A DNA stretch of 57,614 nt, counting the filler, from Sphacelaria rigidula (Eukaryota), in NCBI GenBank assembly GCA_964200075.2. It is 7 parts of 7 records of this genome, joined end to end, with 100 filler letters (N's around TTAATTAATTAA, not from the genome) between each part and the next. Parts side by side here need not be neighbours in the genome. Positions count along the whole stretch, not along the records: positions 8,246 to 16,390 come from CAXNAA020012129.1; positions 16,491 to 24,635 come from CAXNAA020012130.1; positions 24,736 to 32,880 come from CAXNAA020012131.1; 4 more parts are not named here. The stretch is one strand, 5' to 3'. The position numbers and the translations under genes were made by a program. Shown here piece after piece: positions 13,497-25,353 of this stretch (within the stretch, counting starts at the first letter, position 1; the number at the start of each line of letters is the position of its first letter). A model generated the notes under the pieces. It was not told the DNA's origin and searched no databases. It saw only the letters and a program-made list of their open reading frames with translations.

Positions 13497-14250
13497 GATT
13501 TCGAAACACCTGTCGGGAGTACTCGAGGACAATTTGAACATATTCCAATCGGCATGTCACCAATTTCGTACTGTAGCGTTATCATCCCTCTCTCCCTTCC
13601 TCCCCGCCTGTCGTTGTCTACTGCTAAAGTCGTTCAGGTGGATGGCATCGAGGAGGCGAGGAAGAAGAGAGGGTCCCGCTGACACCGAAAAGTTGGCAGA
13701 ACGATCAAGGCCAAGTCCACTCGTGGGGAGAAGGCGAACGAGGACACCGAGAACGACGGCATCAACCCCAAGACAGAGGATGTGGTGAGTGCTGTGCATT
13801 CACCACGTCCTTTAACTTGGGCTTGATGTCGTTCTCGTTGTCCTTTTTTGTCTTTTTACCGCGAGTGAACTTGGCCTTTATCGCTCTCCCCACTCTTTGG
13901 TACTAGCGGGATTCTCCCTTCTTTCTCGCCGCCTCGATGCCATCCACCTGAACGAAGGTGTTCGCCACGTGGTAGAGCTGACAAAAGGATTGCTCTAGTT
14001 CTCGACGCTTGACGATGACTCCTTCACGGTGTGTTCCATAATGGTTGTTCCAGAAGTGGAAGTCCGTGCTGTCATCTCATTTGCCCTGCCTAAAAGAAGT
14101 GCGACTTTGTCCCAGCGTCTGTTTAAATCTAGCCCAGGCCTCAACGCAGCCCAACAAGGAGATGAATGACGACCTGCAAAAGGGAGGTGAGCGACGTGAA
14201 GGTGAGACTTTGCCGTCATCAGGTACTGGACACCGTGCCGTGGACTCCAG
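13497..14250 (+). repeat. Tandem duplication unit 1 (contains a long hairpin)
   Basis: Colinear with 14503-15235 on both sides of the hairpin, e.g. GGCATGTCACCAATTTCGTACTGTAGCG and AAGGTGTTCGCCACGTGGTAGAGCTG. Confidence 0.85.
13630..13955. repeat. Long imperfect hairpin (~160-nt arms, ~3-nt loop); candidate hpRNA/pre-miRNA
   Basis: TCGTTCAGGTGGATGGCATCGAGG... pairs with ...CCTCGATGCCATCCACCTGAACGA, and complementarity continues up to the loop. Confidence 0.85.
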
Positions 14251-14502
14251 GGGGGGGAGGGGGGCATACTTATTTGTTGCTTGCCTTAGACGCTTGAGCA
14301 TTGACCACGCATATCTTCAGAGACGGAGCACCGTTCCTACTCCTAATAGAGACACCACCAACATTTAGGTGCTCATAACGTTTCTTCCATAAATTACGCA
14401 AAACCTTTTACACATCTTTCCCCGTCCTGTTTCGTCGTCTGTGGCCACCATCTCTCTCCCAGTGTAGCCATCGTTTTCTCGCTACTGTCTAAGGCATTGA
14501 AC

Positions 14503-15235
14503 GACTTCGGAACACCTGTCGTGAATACTTGAGGACGAATTGGTCATATTCCCATTGGCATGTCACCAATTTCGTACTGTAGCGATATCATCCCTCTCTC
14601 GCATTCACCTTGCCTGTCGGTGTCTACTACCACAAATGTTCAGGTGGATGGCATCGAGGAAGCGAGAAAGAAGAGAGAATTCCGCTGACACCGAAGAGTG
14701 GGCAGAATGATCAAGGCAACATTCGCTCGCCAGGAGAAGGCAATAAAGAACACCGAGAACGACGGCATCAAGCCCAAGGTAAAGGACGTGGTGACCTCTG
14801 CCTTGGGGTTGATGCCGTCGTTCTCGTTGCCCATCGTTGCCTTCTCCCGGCGAGTGAACGTTGCCTTAATCGCTCGTCCCACTCTTCGGTGTCAGCGGGA
14901 CCCTCTCTTCTTCCTCGCCTCCTCGATGCCATCCACCTGAACAAAGGTGTTCGCCACGTGGTAGAGCTGGCAAAAGGGACCGCTCTCGACGCGTGACGAC
15001 GACTCGTTCACGGTGTGTTCCACAAGTGGAGTGTGCCAAAAGTGAAAGTCCGTGTTGTCATCTCATCTGCCCTGTCTCAACGAAGTGCGATTTTGTTCCG
15101 GCGCTCGTTTGAGTCTAGCCCAGGCCTCGACGCAGCCTGACAAGGAGATCAATGACGACCTACAAAAGCGACGTAAAGGTGAGACTTTGCAGCCATCATG
15201 TAGTGGACATCGTGTCACGTGCTCCGTGGGGGGGG
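14503..15235 (+). repeat. Tandem duplication unit 2
   Basis: Diverged direct copy of 13497-14250. Confidence 0.85.
14637..14943. repeat. Second copy of the long hairpin (~150-nt arms)
   Basis: TGTTCAGGTGGATGGCATCGAGG...CCTCGATGCCATCCACCTGAACA. Confidence 0.85.
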
Positions 15236-16340
15236 GGCGGCGGCATTGAATGACCGCCAGCTGGATCGTTGTAAAGCCCCGACTTGATGTGCGGTAGAGA
15301 TCATCATGGAGACCATAAAGATGTACAGTACTCCAGTAAGATCGATACATCTCATTCTCCCTCGAGTCTCGTTTTTGCCCGTTTGGCTGTCGACATTTTT
15401 CTCGGCCTTTGTCTAGTGCTCTTGTTTTGCTCTCTTCTATATTTCCTACCCGCCCCGTCGTTTTCGTGCCGTGTTTATTTTTCGTCTAGCTCTCGTTTAT
15501 TTTTCATTCCCCTTTTTTTTCCTTCGCGAAGGGAGTTCACTACGCGCTGATCTTCGGGGTGCGTCTACCTTTGTCACCACGGCTTGATTCGTAGAGGATC
15601 AATCTATTAACGACAATTGATCAATCATTTAAACAAACCATCGATTCGTGTACTCAGAAACGGCCGCTTCTACGTCGTAACGCCTTGAAAAGATTTGATA
15701 TAAAGCGCTTATGGCCATGTACCCAAGAACATTCCGAACCAATTGATGCGACACATTGGAAGTCCCCTATGTCGTGCACCACACAAGGTATCACCATGAG
15801 CCCTGATCCACCATCCTTTTCCCCCGTTCCGACACCGGGCTCTCGTGTCCCCCATCTCCGCCCGAATCAGCTCTACATGAACAAGGAACGAATGGCCCTA
15901 GCGGGGACGAGACCTCACGCTATGTCACGTGGCGGCTTCTAGGGGTGGAGAAAGAGGAAGACCAAAAAAACCGAGATCCTGTACCAGTCACCGAAGCCCA
16001 AGGGATACTGAGAGACATCTGTCTCCATGTTGAGTAAGCCTGGTCGGGAGAGCCGGGAGTCAGAGCTGGTGGCTAAACCAGAGGGCCTGATTGACGTGGA
16101 AAGGGTAAAGGGGAAAGTTCTGGGAGCCGTCCCTGAACGCACCAGGGTCTGAGCTTGACGAAGCGTAGGTGTAAGAGAGAATGAACCCGACCACAATCGT
16201 CGGTTGTAGTCGCATTGGCTCATTTGCTTTCCACTCTGTAGTCGCACACGTTTGTTTTGTCACCGGTCTTTCCTTGACCGGCATGTGTTTTGGGAAGCAA
16301 CAGCTGTAAGTTTCAACATTATTTCGGGAAGGCATGGGGT

Positions 16341-16390
16341 GGGGGGGGGGGGCGTACTCATTTGTTGCTTGCCTTAGTCGTTTGACCATT
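16341..16390 (+). repeat. Dispersed repeat family B at a contig end
   Basis: Same motif as 8081-8141. Confidence 0.85.
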
Positions 16391-16490
16391 NNNNNNNNNN
16401 NNNNNNNNNNNNNNNNNNNNNNNNNNNNNNNNNNTTAATTAATTAANNNNNNNNNNNNNNNNNNNNNNNNNNNNNNNNNNNNNNNNNNNN
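16391..16490. other. Artificial 100-nt contig linker
   Basis: N-run containing TTAATTAATTAA. Confidence 0.97.
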
Positions 16491-16633
16491 CTTCCCTGCA
16501 AAAGAGAAATGCCACTTCAACCCCATATTTGTATGACCCTCATTTTCTAGGATCCACTGTTATTTGTAGCCCAACGCCATCTTTTGTATGAACCTTAGAC
16601 CGCGATGCGGGTAGTTCATATGGATCACGCATA

Positions 16634-16693
16634 CTTTTCCCAGTGAAAGTGATGCCGATTCAGCAGGTAACCTACCCTCGCGGTCCAAGGGTT
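16634..16693 (+). repeat. Dispersed repeat family C (TTTTCxxGTGAAAGTGATGCCGATTCA...)
   Basis: Related copies occur at ~54246-54303, ~54842-54885 and ~56776-56833, with an inverted copy at ~56848-56874. Confidence 0.65.
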
Positions 16694-19544
16694 CACTAGC
16701 CTCGTTCCGCGAATGTTTTTGTTGGGCGCACGTTTCTTTGCACTGTATTGCTGAATGCTATCACTGTTCTGTCCCTATTTCTATATCCGTAACGGCCAGT
16801 ACTGTATCCGCGCGTGGGTGGCGGAAGAGCCTAACTTGACCCTGACGCCAGCCCCGAGATCGCAACGGCACGATGTTTCACAACACGCCGCATCACAAAA
16901 GACCGACGTGCTGTGAGTTGTGAGTCCAGTTATTGTGTCGATGTAGAGAGACTCGGGAGCCACTCCCCGGGAGAAAGGGGCGTGGCCGTTGTGGCGTCCG
17001 TGACCGGCAAATGAGTGAGAAAAGAGCCGAATGTGTGGGCGCCATGGTTGAAGTTGGCGCGTGGATTCCCTTGCGCGCGATGTGCCGCATCAGGTACAGT
17101 GGAGAGAGCGATGGCCTAGCAGAGGTACGTTATCGATCGATCGGTGGCCCAGATAAGGTACGACTTAAAAAAAATCATACATCAGGTATAACTGGCCGAA
17201 ATTTGGCCTAGAAAATGTAGGCGGTTTCTGGTGACGAGACGTCCCTTTTCGCGTGGCCATATATCGCGAGTAACTTGTTTGTTTTTTCGGGGGGGTTTAG
17301 GGGTCCAGGTGCCAATTTCCCCCCGAATGATGTGCGTGAAAAATTCGGAGCGAAAACGGTCAAACTAGCGTGCTTTGCTTTTTTCGCGTTTGGGGTCATT
17401 TTTCGTACCTTCTTTAGGCAAAAAACGAGAAGGTACACTTTTTCTAGGTCATCGCCCTAATTTTCATGTATTCACATTTATGATCGGGATCGAATCGGTC
17501 CACTGAAAGTACCGAAAAGCTAGAACCTGGGGTTTCAATTTCGCAGGACCCCCGAAGATCGGTCAAGCCCGTAAGTCACTCATTATTAATCGCAGTTTTT
17601 TTTATCTCGACATTTTTCAAGAGGATTACAATACTGTATCTCTAGATCCCCACTTTCTGGAATTCAACCTTCACTTTATGAGCCGTGGCAAGCGAAAGAA
17701 ATTTGGAGATTTTCAAGTAACTAAGAAATTACAAATTCTACAGACTTCTGATGCTGACTTCTGTACTCGTGGCATATCTGCTCTCCTCGGCAACACGGCA
17801 GAGGTCGGGAGATTTACGCAAGGATTCGTGACAGCGCGACAGTCAGGGTTTGATAGATGACTCTTTGACGCCTTATGTTCGTAGTGGTATCGGCAGCATC
17901 GCTGGGTGCAAACAAACGTGTCTTGCAGCAGGTGTAAACTGGAGCAATAGTGTGGGTGTGTGTCGGAGTTTTCGTCGACGCAACAGAGGTTACGACTGTA
18001 CAACTTTTATCTCATATTCAACAACCTCGCGGGTGCTCACGACTCTCCGATCCAATTCGGGCCTCCTATTCTCAGAGCAAAGCGCCTCGAAGGTTCATAG
18101 AAGTTGATTGTATGTCAGCGAGTGTCACAAGTCGCGAATGCTGGCCCAGCTGTAGCCCGTGCCCACCGCCATAGGTACCACAATCTCCGGGATAATACAA
18201 CTCATCCTCTAACAAGACACACAAATGCTGCAAGGTATATGCGTGTGGCAGGCATGTCGGTAAGAGCCGTTGTCCCCCTAGGGTATGAACACCCACAACA
18301 CAATAGTTTGCGAAGCTGCTGGTGGCGGTAGCGGGGGATTTTGTGTTGGCATACTACACCGTACACCCTGATAAAACATTCCAGTACGGTCCTTGAAGTA
18401 TGGGGGCGTGCTCTTACACTCCAGAGATGGTTCGAAACGGCATATATATGCCGGTGAACGACCTTCTTACTTCATCTTTGTGGGCATGCACCTTAATTCA
18501 AGATGATATACCCTACAGAGCACAACCTGGCAGCTTTGTCTTCCCGTCTTGCCCTCGAAATGCCTTCTACAGCGGGATTATTGCACAACATGCGTCGTAT
18601 CCGCAGAGTCACGACGATAGGATGGGGCATGGCTTTGAGCACCCCTCAGCATCGTGGTCTCAGTGGACCGTACACCCGTCTGAAAAAAAAACAGGTTTGC
18701 ACAGTGAACATGTTTCCTCGACATTCATTCGTGGCTTGAATAACTGTACATTATGCGCTGCCTTCACCGTCGAGAGTTAGGACCTGTCTCTGCGCCATCC
18801 CTCCACATAGCCCCCACCCAAACTGTTGCCGCCATGAGACAAATAACGGCGAGCTAGATCCTAAGTGCCGGCGCCACCACGGACTAAGCTCCGGCCTCGC
18901 TCGATCGTCGGCTATGACGTGCGCCTGCAACCGCACCACCGGGCAAGGAAGGACGCCCAGCAAACCCTCACCACCGACTCCGTCACAAATGCCGCAAAAC
19001 TCGACATCCAGTAGCCTAACCATCACGTCAAAGACACTTGACCTATTCATAAAGCATGATGGAAACGAACACGGCACGCTGCCTGGCGCCATTCCGAGCC
19101 CATGCACATCATCCGCGACTTCCTTCCTCGCCCACCTCTGCGGGCACCTGAGGGGAAACGTACTACGCGCGGCAAACATGAGGTAGTGCAGGCGAACAAA
19201 AGAACGAGTGAGAGTCGTGTTCGAATCATATTTCACGGACATCACACAACAGGAGGGTACGAAAAGTCCGGCGTTTTCATCGCAGCAAGAGCGTAATTAC
19301 GCCGGAACTCCTCTGCAAGGGCTCGCTAAAACTACGCTACTGTTATGTTGTCTGCCACTTGGCCCGATCTGTCCTTCAATCGCACTGTCTTTCAACTACC
19401 TGCCTCTATGTCTCGGGTACCATATATCGCCCGTCTCCTGATTACAGATCGCCCCACTCGGCGACAACGTCGGATCCAACATAATTATCAGTATATGTAT
19501 GGACGGGATAAATCGCACATTCGCGGTATGTGGCGAAATCACGC

Positions 19545-19777
19545 TGTCACGGTTGAGTATATAGTGGATCCTGGATGATGACCAGGGGACAAGGGCATCC
19601 TGTGGATGATGACCCTTGCTGTGTAGCCCAGGCCTGATGGTAGGCTACAGGTGTTGACTCCGAATAATGATCAGGTGTTGTAAAGGCTGACAACTGAGAC
19701 CTTGAGGCCAGTGAAGCTGGGGAGTCCCTCAACAGCATTTAGACTCTGCAGTACTAGCAAACCATGCTAGCGTCACA
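19545..19777 (+). repeat. 5' LTR of Gypsy element 1 (~233 bp)
   Basis: TGTCACG...CGTCACA termini. It shares a CAGGGGACA...ATCCTG...GATGA block with the LTR at 40470 and is followed by the palindrome AATATCGATATT. Confidence 0.65.
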
Positions 19778-20087
19778 ATATCGATATTAGTGCTAGTGCT
19801 GGCGTGCTAGTAGATGCTATCGTTTGAGGCTGCTGAAACAATTTAGCAGGGAGAGTCTGGACAAATTGTAATTAGCTTCGGGCATAGATCTTCACGGACG
19901 CGTGAGGAGGGATCAAGCTGAGGTAGCTGAAAAGGCGGCTGGCTCGTGATTGATCCAGACTGGAGACTTGCTGGAGCTGCGCACAGCGGGTGTTTATACA
20001 ACCCCAGGGCTGTGTTGGAGCGGCGAAGCAAGCAGGTGTGAAATGAAGTTTGAGAAGGTTTGAGAAATCCTCGATTTAGGCTCAAGA

Positions 20088-21041
20088 ATGTCGACTATGG
20101 AGGTACCGATAAGAGAGCCAGCAGAAACGACTGTAACCCCAGTCATTCTAAAGGAAGAGTTGCGGCCGCCCAGTTACGGGAGTTTATATTCTGAAGGTGC
20201 CTCTCGATCGTTTTACACGAGGTTAATTGAATACAAAAGGGGGGTGGAGCATGCGAATGTAGGGGGTGCGGTGAGGCATCAGGTGGTTTCTATGGCGCAA
20301 TAAGTACCAACACCCTTGCAACGCGTTTTCGCGAGACGGTTTCATGAAAAGAATACCATAACGCCGCTGCAGTTGGCCGCAGCGATAAAAAAGCACGCAG
20401 GGCATGCGGCAGGCGCGGAGGTAGAGCTTGCTCAGGCGTCCGCGGCCGTGGCAAAGGCTGTCGCAATGAACCACAAGGGGAGGACCATGCGTGAGAGGGT
20501 GGAGCCCATAATGGGTGAGTTGGAAACGTATTTTGCGGAAAATCCCAACGTAGAGATGATATATCGTTCGTCCGACGGGAAATTTCGCCCAGGGCCCGCT
20601 GCGGCGGTCACCAAAGCGATTGTGGAGGGCCTGGCACCGGCGGAATTTAAGCAGGTCGTGCTTGTACAGTTACAGCACGAAACAAATTGGAGGTCGGACC
20701 CGTATTTAGTCATGAATACCGTGGTGGCTGAGGCTCAGGCATGGCGGCGCGTCGAAGTGTTCGGAAAGCCATCCATTTCGTCGCCGCAGTCTTCGAGCTC
20801 GCGTAACCGCGGATCAAAATCCGCAGGCAGTTCCGCCTCCAATTTTACTTGTTTTCAGTGTGGCCAGGTCGGTCACATCGCACGGAAGTGCACAACGCCT
20901 TCTGAAGGGGAGTCTGGGCAGACGAATGCCGCGCGCCCTCACAAGGGCAAGAGACGAGGTAATCGTGGTGGCGGCGTCAGCAGGGGTCCGGTTCTGGATT
21001 CGGTTCAGCCGCAGGGGCTGCTGCTCCGCAACGGGCGGTGA
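20088..21041 (+). pseudogene. Gypsy gag with an internal stop
   Basis: ORFs 20088-20303 and 20316-21041 are in the same frame, separated by TAA. Zinc knuckle CFQCGQVGHIARKC lies at 20850-20891. Confidence 0.85.
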
Positions 21042-21275
21042 AGGTGGGACCGACCTCTCTAGTGTCGGGCTCGGTGCCGGCGCCGCCGGCAGCAGAGCAA
21101 GGCGAGCCGCCGGCTGCGGAGCCGGCCGGTTTTCAGCTGCAATTTGGATCGGCTGCTGCGTCGGTCGGGGTACCGCTGCAATTTGGTTCTGCGGGCGGGG
21201 CTTCGTACCCGCCGGCGGTGCCGGTGACCAGCGGGGGCGTCTCTGCCTTCGCCGCGCGCGCAGCCGTGGCGCCAA

Positions 21276-24200
21276 GTGGGGATTACGAACAATCAGTCGG
21301 CGGAGCAGGTGCCGTTCGAGGACCAAGACAATTATGTCCCTACCGAGTTATATCTGCCCGATCAACGGACGCGGGGAGTGATTTCGGCCAAAGCGGTGTT
21401 GGATTCAGGCGCCCACTTCACGAGCATGTCGGTGCTAATTGTGGAGATGCTGGAGCGTCTACTCCCCGGTGAGTAAATCCGAATTCCGTTTTCGCTCGGG
21501 GCGCGGCAGGCCATCACCTCATCGGGGCAACGTATAAGTGTGAGGGAGCGTACGATTCCCCTACAGTTGGCGTTCCTGACTACTTGGGGGCCAGAAAAAT
21601 TACCTCCAATATCGTTGGTGATCATGCCGGGGACGGATGGTGTCGTTTTGTTGGGTCTACCGACGCTTCGGGGACTCGCAGTCGATCCATATGATCGGTT
21701 GTTGGAGTCCCTAAAAACGAAAATGCCGTCGCCCGGTTCGAGTGTCGAGGCGCCTGCTTTTTTGGCCAGTCGCAGAGTGAGCTTGTCGGTTGATGCTCTC
21801 CAGGAGGCGGGGGGGCAGGTGTCCGAGGAGCGTGATGAGGCAGTGGAACGCTTGGTGAAGCGCGGCCCCGATATGTCTATGGAGCCGGCGGAAGAAGAGT
21901 CGGTGGAAAATGGCCTCGGAGTCTCAAAAGCGGAGCGCTTGCGTAGCATACTGTATAGCCACGTTAACGCGTTTCGTCGTGCGCTGAGGGGTGATCCCCC
22001 TGCGCACGTGGAACCCATGAGGGTTACGCTGAAGCCAGGGGTGGCCGCGGTGAAGGCAAAACCGAGGAGGTATGATCCGGTAAAGTTCAGTTGGCTAGCT
22101 TCTTGCATGGGAGCTCTTGTGGGGTTTGGGTTGGTGTTCAGGAATCTCCAGGCGGTGTGGTCCAGTCCAGCGATGGCGGTGCCTAAGAAGGACTCTTTCC
22201 GTCTTGTTAGCGATTCCGGAGCCGTCAATGATCAGGTGGAGAAGTCGCCGCGTGTCATGCCCAATCAGGAATCCGACATGATAGACCTGTTGAGTGCGCG
22301 ATGTTTCGGTAAGTTGGGCCTCCTACAGGGAACTGGCAGATGCCGTTGGCCGAAGAGGCGCAAGAGATATTCACAATCACGAGTCCGTTTGGCATGTTTA
22401 CCCCGCAAAGAGTACCGCAAGGCGTGTTGAATGCTACTTTCTATTTTCAAGGTGTCATGGTGGACCTTTTAGATGGCTTAAAATGCACGATTTGGGTGGA
22501 TGATGTATTTTTCTTCGCGGATACGGAAGACGAACTGTTGGATACGCTTGATGCAATCTTGGCTCGCTTGGAGAGCGTTGGTCTGTTTGCAGCTGCCCAC
22601 AAGTAAACCTTTTTTGCTAGTGAACTAGTGTGGTGTGGGAAAGTGTACTCACACGGCCGCGTCTCGCATGACCCGGTCCGCTCGCAAGGTTTGTATGACA
22701 TGCGGCGTCCAGAAACAGCCGCAGAACTAATGTAATTCCTGCACACAATGAACTGGTTGCGTACCTCGTTGCCACGTATGGCTGAAGTAGTGGCGCCCTT
22801 ACGCGGTTTTCTAGAGGAACTCATGGTGGGGGCAGCAAGGCGCACGAAGCGGGTGTCAAAAAATCGTGTTATTCCACCCGGCTCGTGGACGGAGGATAGA
22901 CTGCAGGCATGCGCGGCAGTGAAGGATCTGGTGGCTCACGCCGTGACGCTGTTCCATCCCCGCCCCGGTTTCCAGGTGCTGATGTTTCCGGATGCATCCG
23001 AGTGTCATTGGGGTAGTTTTGTCACGCAGGTGCCTAATGCAGAAATGCAACAACGGTTGCCGGTTGAAGACATGACGCATGAACCGCTAGCTTTTCCGAG
23101 TGGTAATTTCAAGGGTTTCCAGATGCGTTGGGCAAAAATTGACAAAGAAGGTTTCGCCATCGTGAGCACTTTTCGTCGTCTCGAGCATCTATTGTGGAAT
23201 GGCGTACACATTTTCACGGATCACCGAAATCTAGCGTACATTTTCAACCCGGAGGCATGCGTGACGTCTGTGTCGAAGGCGTTGGCACAGCGATTGGAGG
23301 GGTGGAAAGGAGTATTAGGACAGTATCGGTACATGATTTGTCATATTTCGGGTGAGCGTAACGCGTGGGGTGACTTGCTGGCGCGCTGGGTAAATATTCC
23401 CACTTTGCCTGCGGGCGCTGTGGCTGTGTATGGTCCGTGCGAACCTGATGACTCAATGCCGCCCAAATCTGTTGTCCGCCAAGCGCAACGAAAAGACCTT
23501 GGGGCCGAAGATGCGGGTGTGCATTCTTTCGAGTCGGACGTTGGTACTACTATCTTGGAAAATGAAGGTCTGTTTCGTGTGCATGTGCGTGGCCGAAACG
23601 TTTTGTGGATTCCGAGTTCTGACAAACAGTTGCAGGTGCGTGTGATGATATGCGCGCATATGCGGGACGCCGGGCACCGTGGTGTGGCTGCGACGCTCGT
23701 GCGCTTGCAAGAGTTTTGTGTCTGGCATGGGATAGAAACTCATGTGCGCGAGTTTGTCCGCCAGTGTCTTCACTGTGCTGACTCGAGGGCGGGCGGTGTT
23801 GTTCCCCGCCCGCTCGGTGAAACGGTCCATGGGACCACGCCGAATAAAGTCGTTCATTTTGACTTCTGGCACGTGGGCGAGAGTGGCCCGCTAGCTTCCC
23901 AAGGTTTGTCGGAGGATGCTGGGTTTCGATACATTTTGGTGATCATGGATGATATGAGCAACTTTGTGGCTCTGGAATCAGTAAGTAGCATTGTGTACTG
24001 CTGAGTCGACTGCTGCGTCTTTGCTAAATTGGTGCAAAACTTTGGGGGTGCCCCGTGTGTGGGTGAGTGATACCGCCACGCATTTCAAGAATGCGATCTT
24101 GGCTCGGTTGCGAAAGGCTCTGCGAGTTGATCACCACTTTGCGGTAGCGTATTCTCCGTGGTCTTATGGTACGTGCGAACGCATGGTCAAGGAAGTAGTT

Positions 24201-24400
24201 CGTGCTCTTCACTCTATTCTTCTCGAGCAGCGTCGAGAGGTGACCGAGTGGGTGGACGTGTTGCCGGCGGTGCAATGGGCGCTAAATACAGCATATCGCC
24301 GTCGGTATGATAGTACGCCGTATCACGCGATGTTTGGCCGTGCCCCTCGGACGTCTCTCTCAGTGTTGACGTCCTCGTCGGCAGGGGAATGGAAGCGTGA
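21276..24400 (+). pseudogene. Gypsy pol (protease, RT, RNase H, integrase), disrupted
   Basis: Protease AVLDSGAH; RT VPQGVLNA...IWVDDVF; RNase H FPDASECHWG...FTDHRNL; integrase CAHMRDAGH...CLHC, VHFDF, VSDTATHF, CERM. Stops at 21474, 22604 and 22733; frameshifts near 22330 and 23985. Confidence 0.92.
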
Positions 24401-24635
24401 TGTTCTGGTGTTACAGGGTGGATAATGACCCTGTATAGTAGACTATAGAGCAATTGGATCATGGCTACACCTTCTTCAGTCTAATGACGACTTGGTGGGA
24501 AACATATCGTGCAACTCTGTCCCCTACCGGGCCACAGAGAAAGCACACGAAAGCAAACCAATTCTGAAGGCAAAACTGATAATCGTCGCCCGACTATTGT
24601 ATTGCACTTCGCATCTGCTGACCACTGCTAACGAC

Positions 24636-24735
24636 NNNNNNNNNNNNNNNNNNNNNNNNNNNNNNNNNNNNNNNNNNNNTTAATTAATTAANNNNNNNNN
24701 NNNNNNNNNNNNNNNNNNNNNNNNNNNNNNNNNNN
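24636..24735. other. Artificial 100-nt contig linker
   Basis: N-run containing TTAATTAATTAA. Confidence 0.97.
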
Positions 24736-25353
24736 CCCCGATCGACCAAGCGCTCCACCGCTTCATCCCCGGGAGCCTCCTCCTCATTGGCTCTCAGGAA
24801 CGACCGTGAGGATACGGTCACACGTCTCACAGCAAGATAGCTGGGGTTATCCACGCCGGTTTGCACCGGCATAGCATGCGGGCGTAACCTACCCAAAACC
24901 AGCGAATAAAAATAACTCCCGCGCTCCTTTGTCGTCGCCATCCCAAACAGAACCACGCTGTCCCTGCCGGGCATGGCAGCGAACGTGATGGGCTGCAACT
25001 CGTCCCCCACGGCGTACGCACGCTAACAGCAATCGGCACCGTTTCATGTGTAACCGTCACGGGAACACCCGTGGCGGTCTGTGCCGTTTGCTGTCCATTT
25101 TCGGACGGAATCTGCGGCGGAGCGCCGTCAAACTGCGAAGTCAATTGTTCTAGCAACCCCACACCGACTGACGTGACGCGGGCCCAGAATCCAGAATAAC
25201 GCGGGCCATGAACGAACCTACGGAACCAGGCCAGGAAAGATCTGCGCGTAAACATTCAGCCTTGCAATCGACAGATACCACACCTGCCGAAGAACCCTCC
25301 TCGGTATGAAGACTCACCTGACGCCAGGGCTGCGCTCCAGTACTTGGCATCGA

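Larger units (their letters stand above)
19545..24400 (+). mobile_element. Decayed Ty3/Gypsy LTR retrotransposon (5' LTR-gag-PR-RT-RNaseH-IN), 3'-truncated
   Basis: Domain order PR-RT-RH-IN with a CCHC knuckle, LDSGA, WVDD, DAS, HHCC and D..D..E motifs. There are several in-frame stops and frameshifts and no matching 3' LTR. Confidence 0.93.

Noticed and set aside
21362-22228. 288-aa minus-strand ORF as a separate gene
   Set aside because: It is the antisense shadow of Gypsy pol and has no independent motifs.
24409-24470. 3' LTR of Gypsy element 1
   Set aside because: It starts TGTTAC and has faint LTR-like words, but it does not align with 19545-19777 and has no polypurine tract before it.
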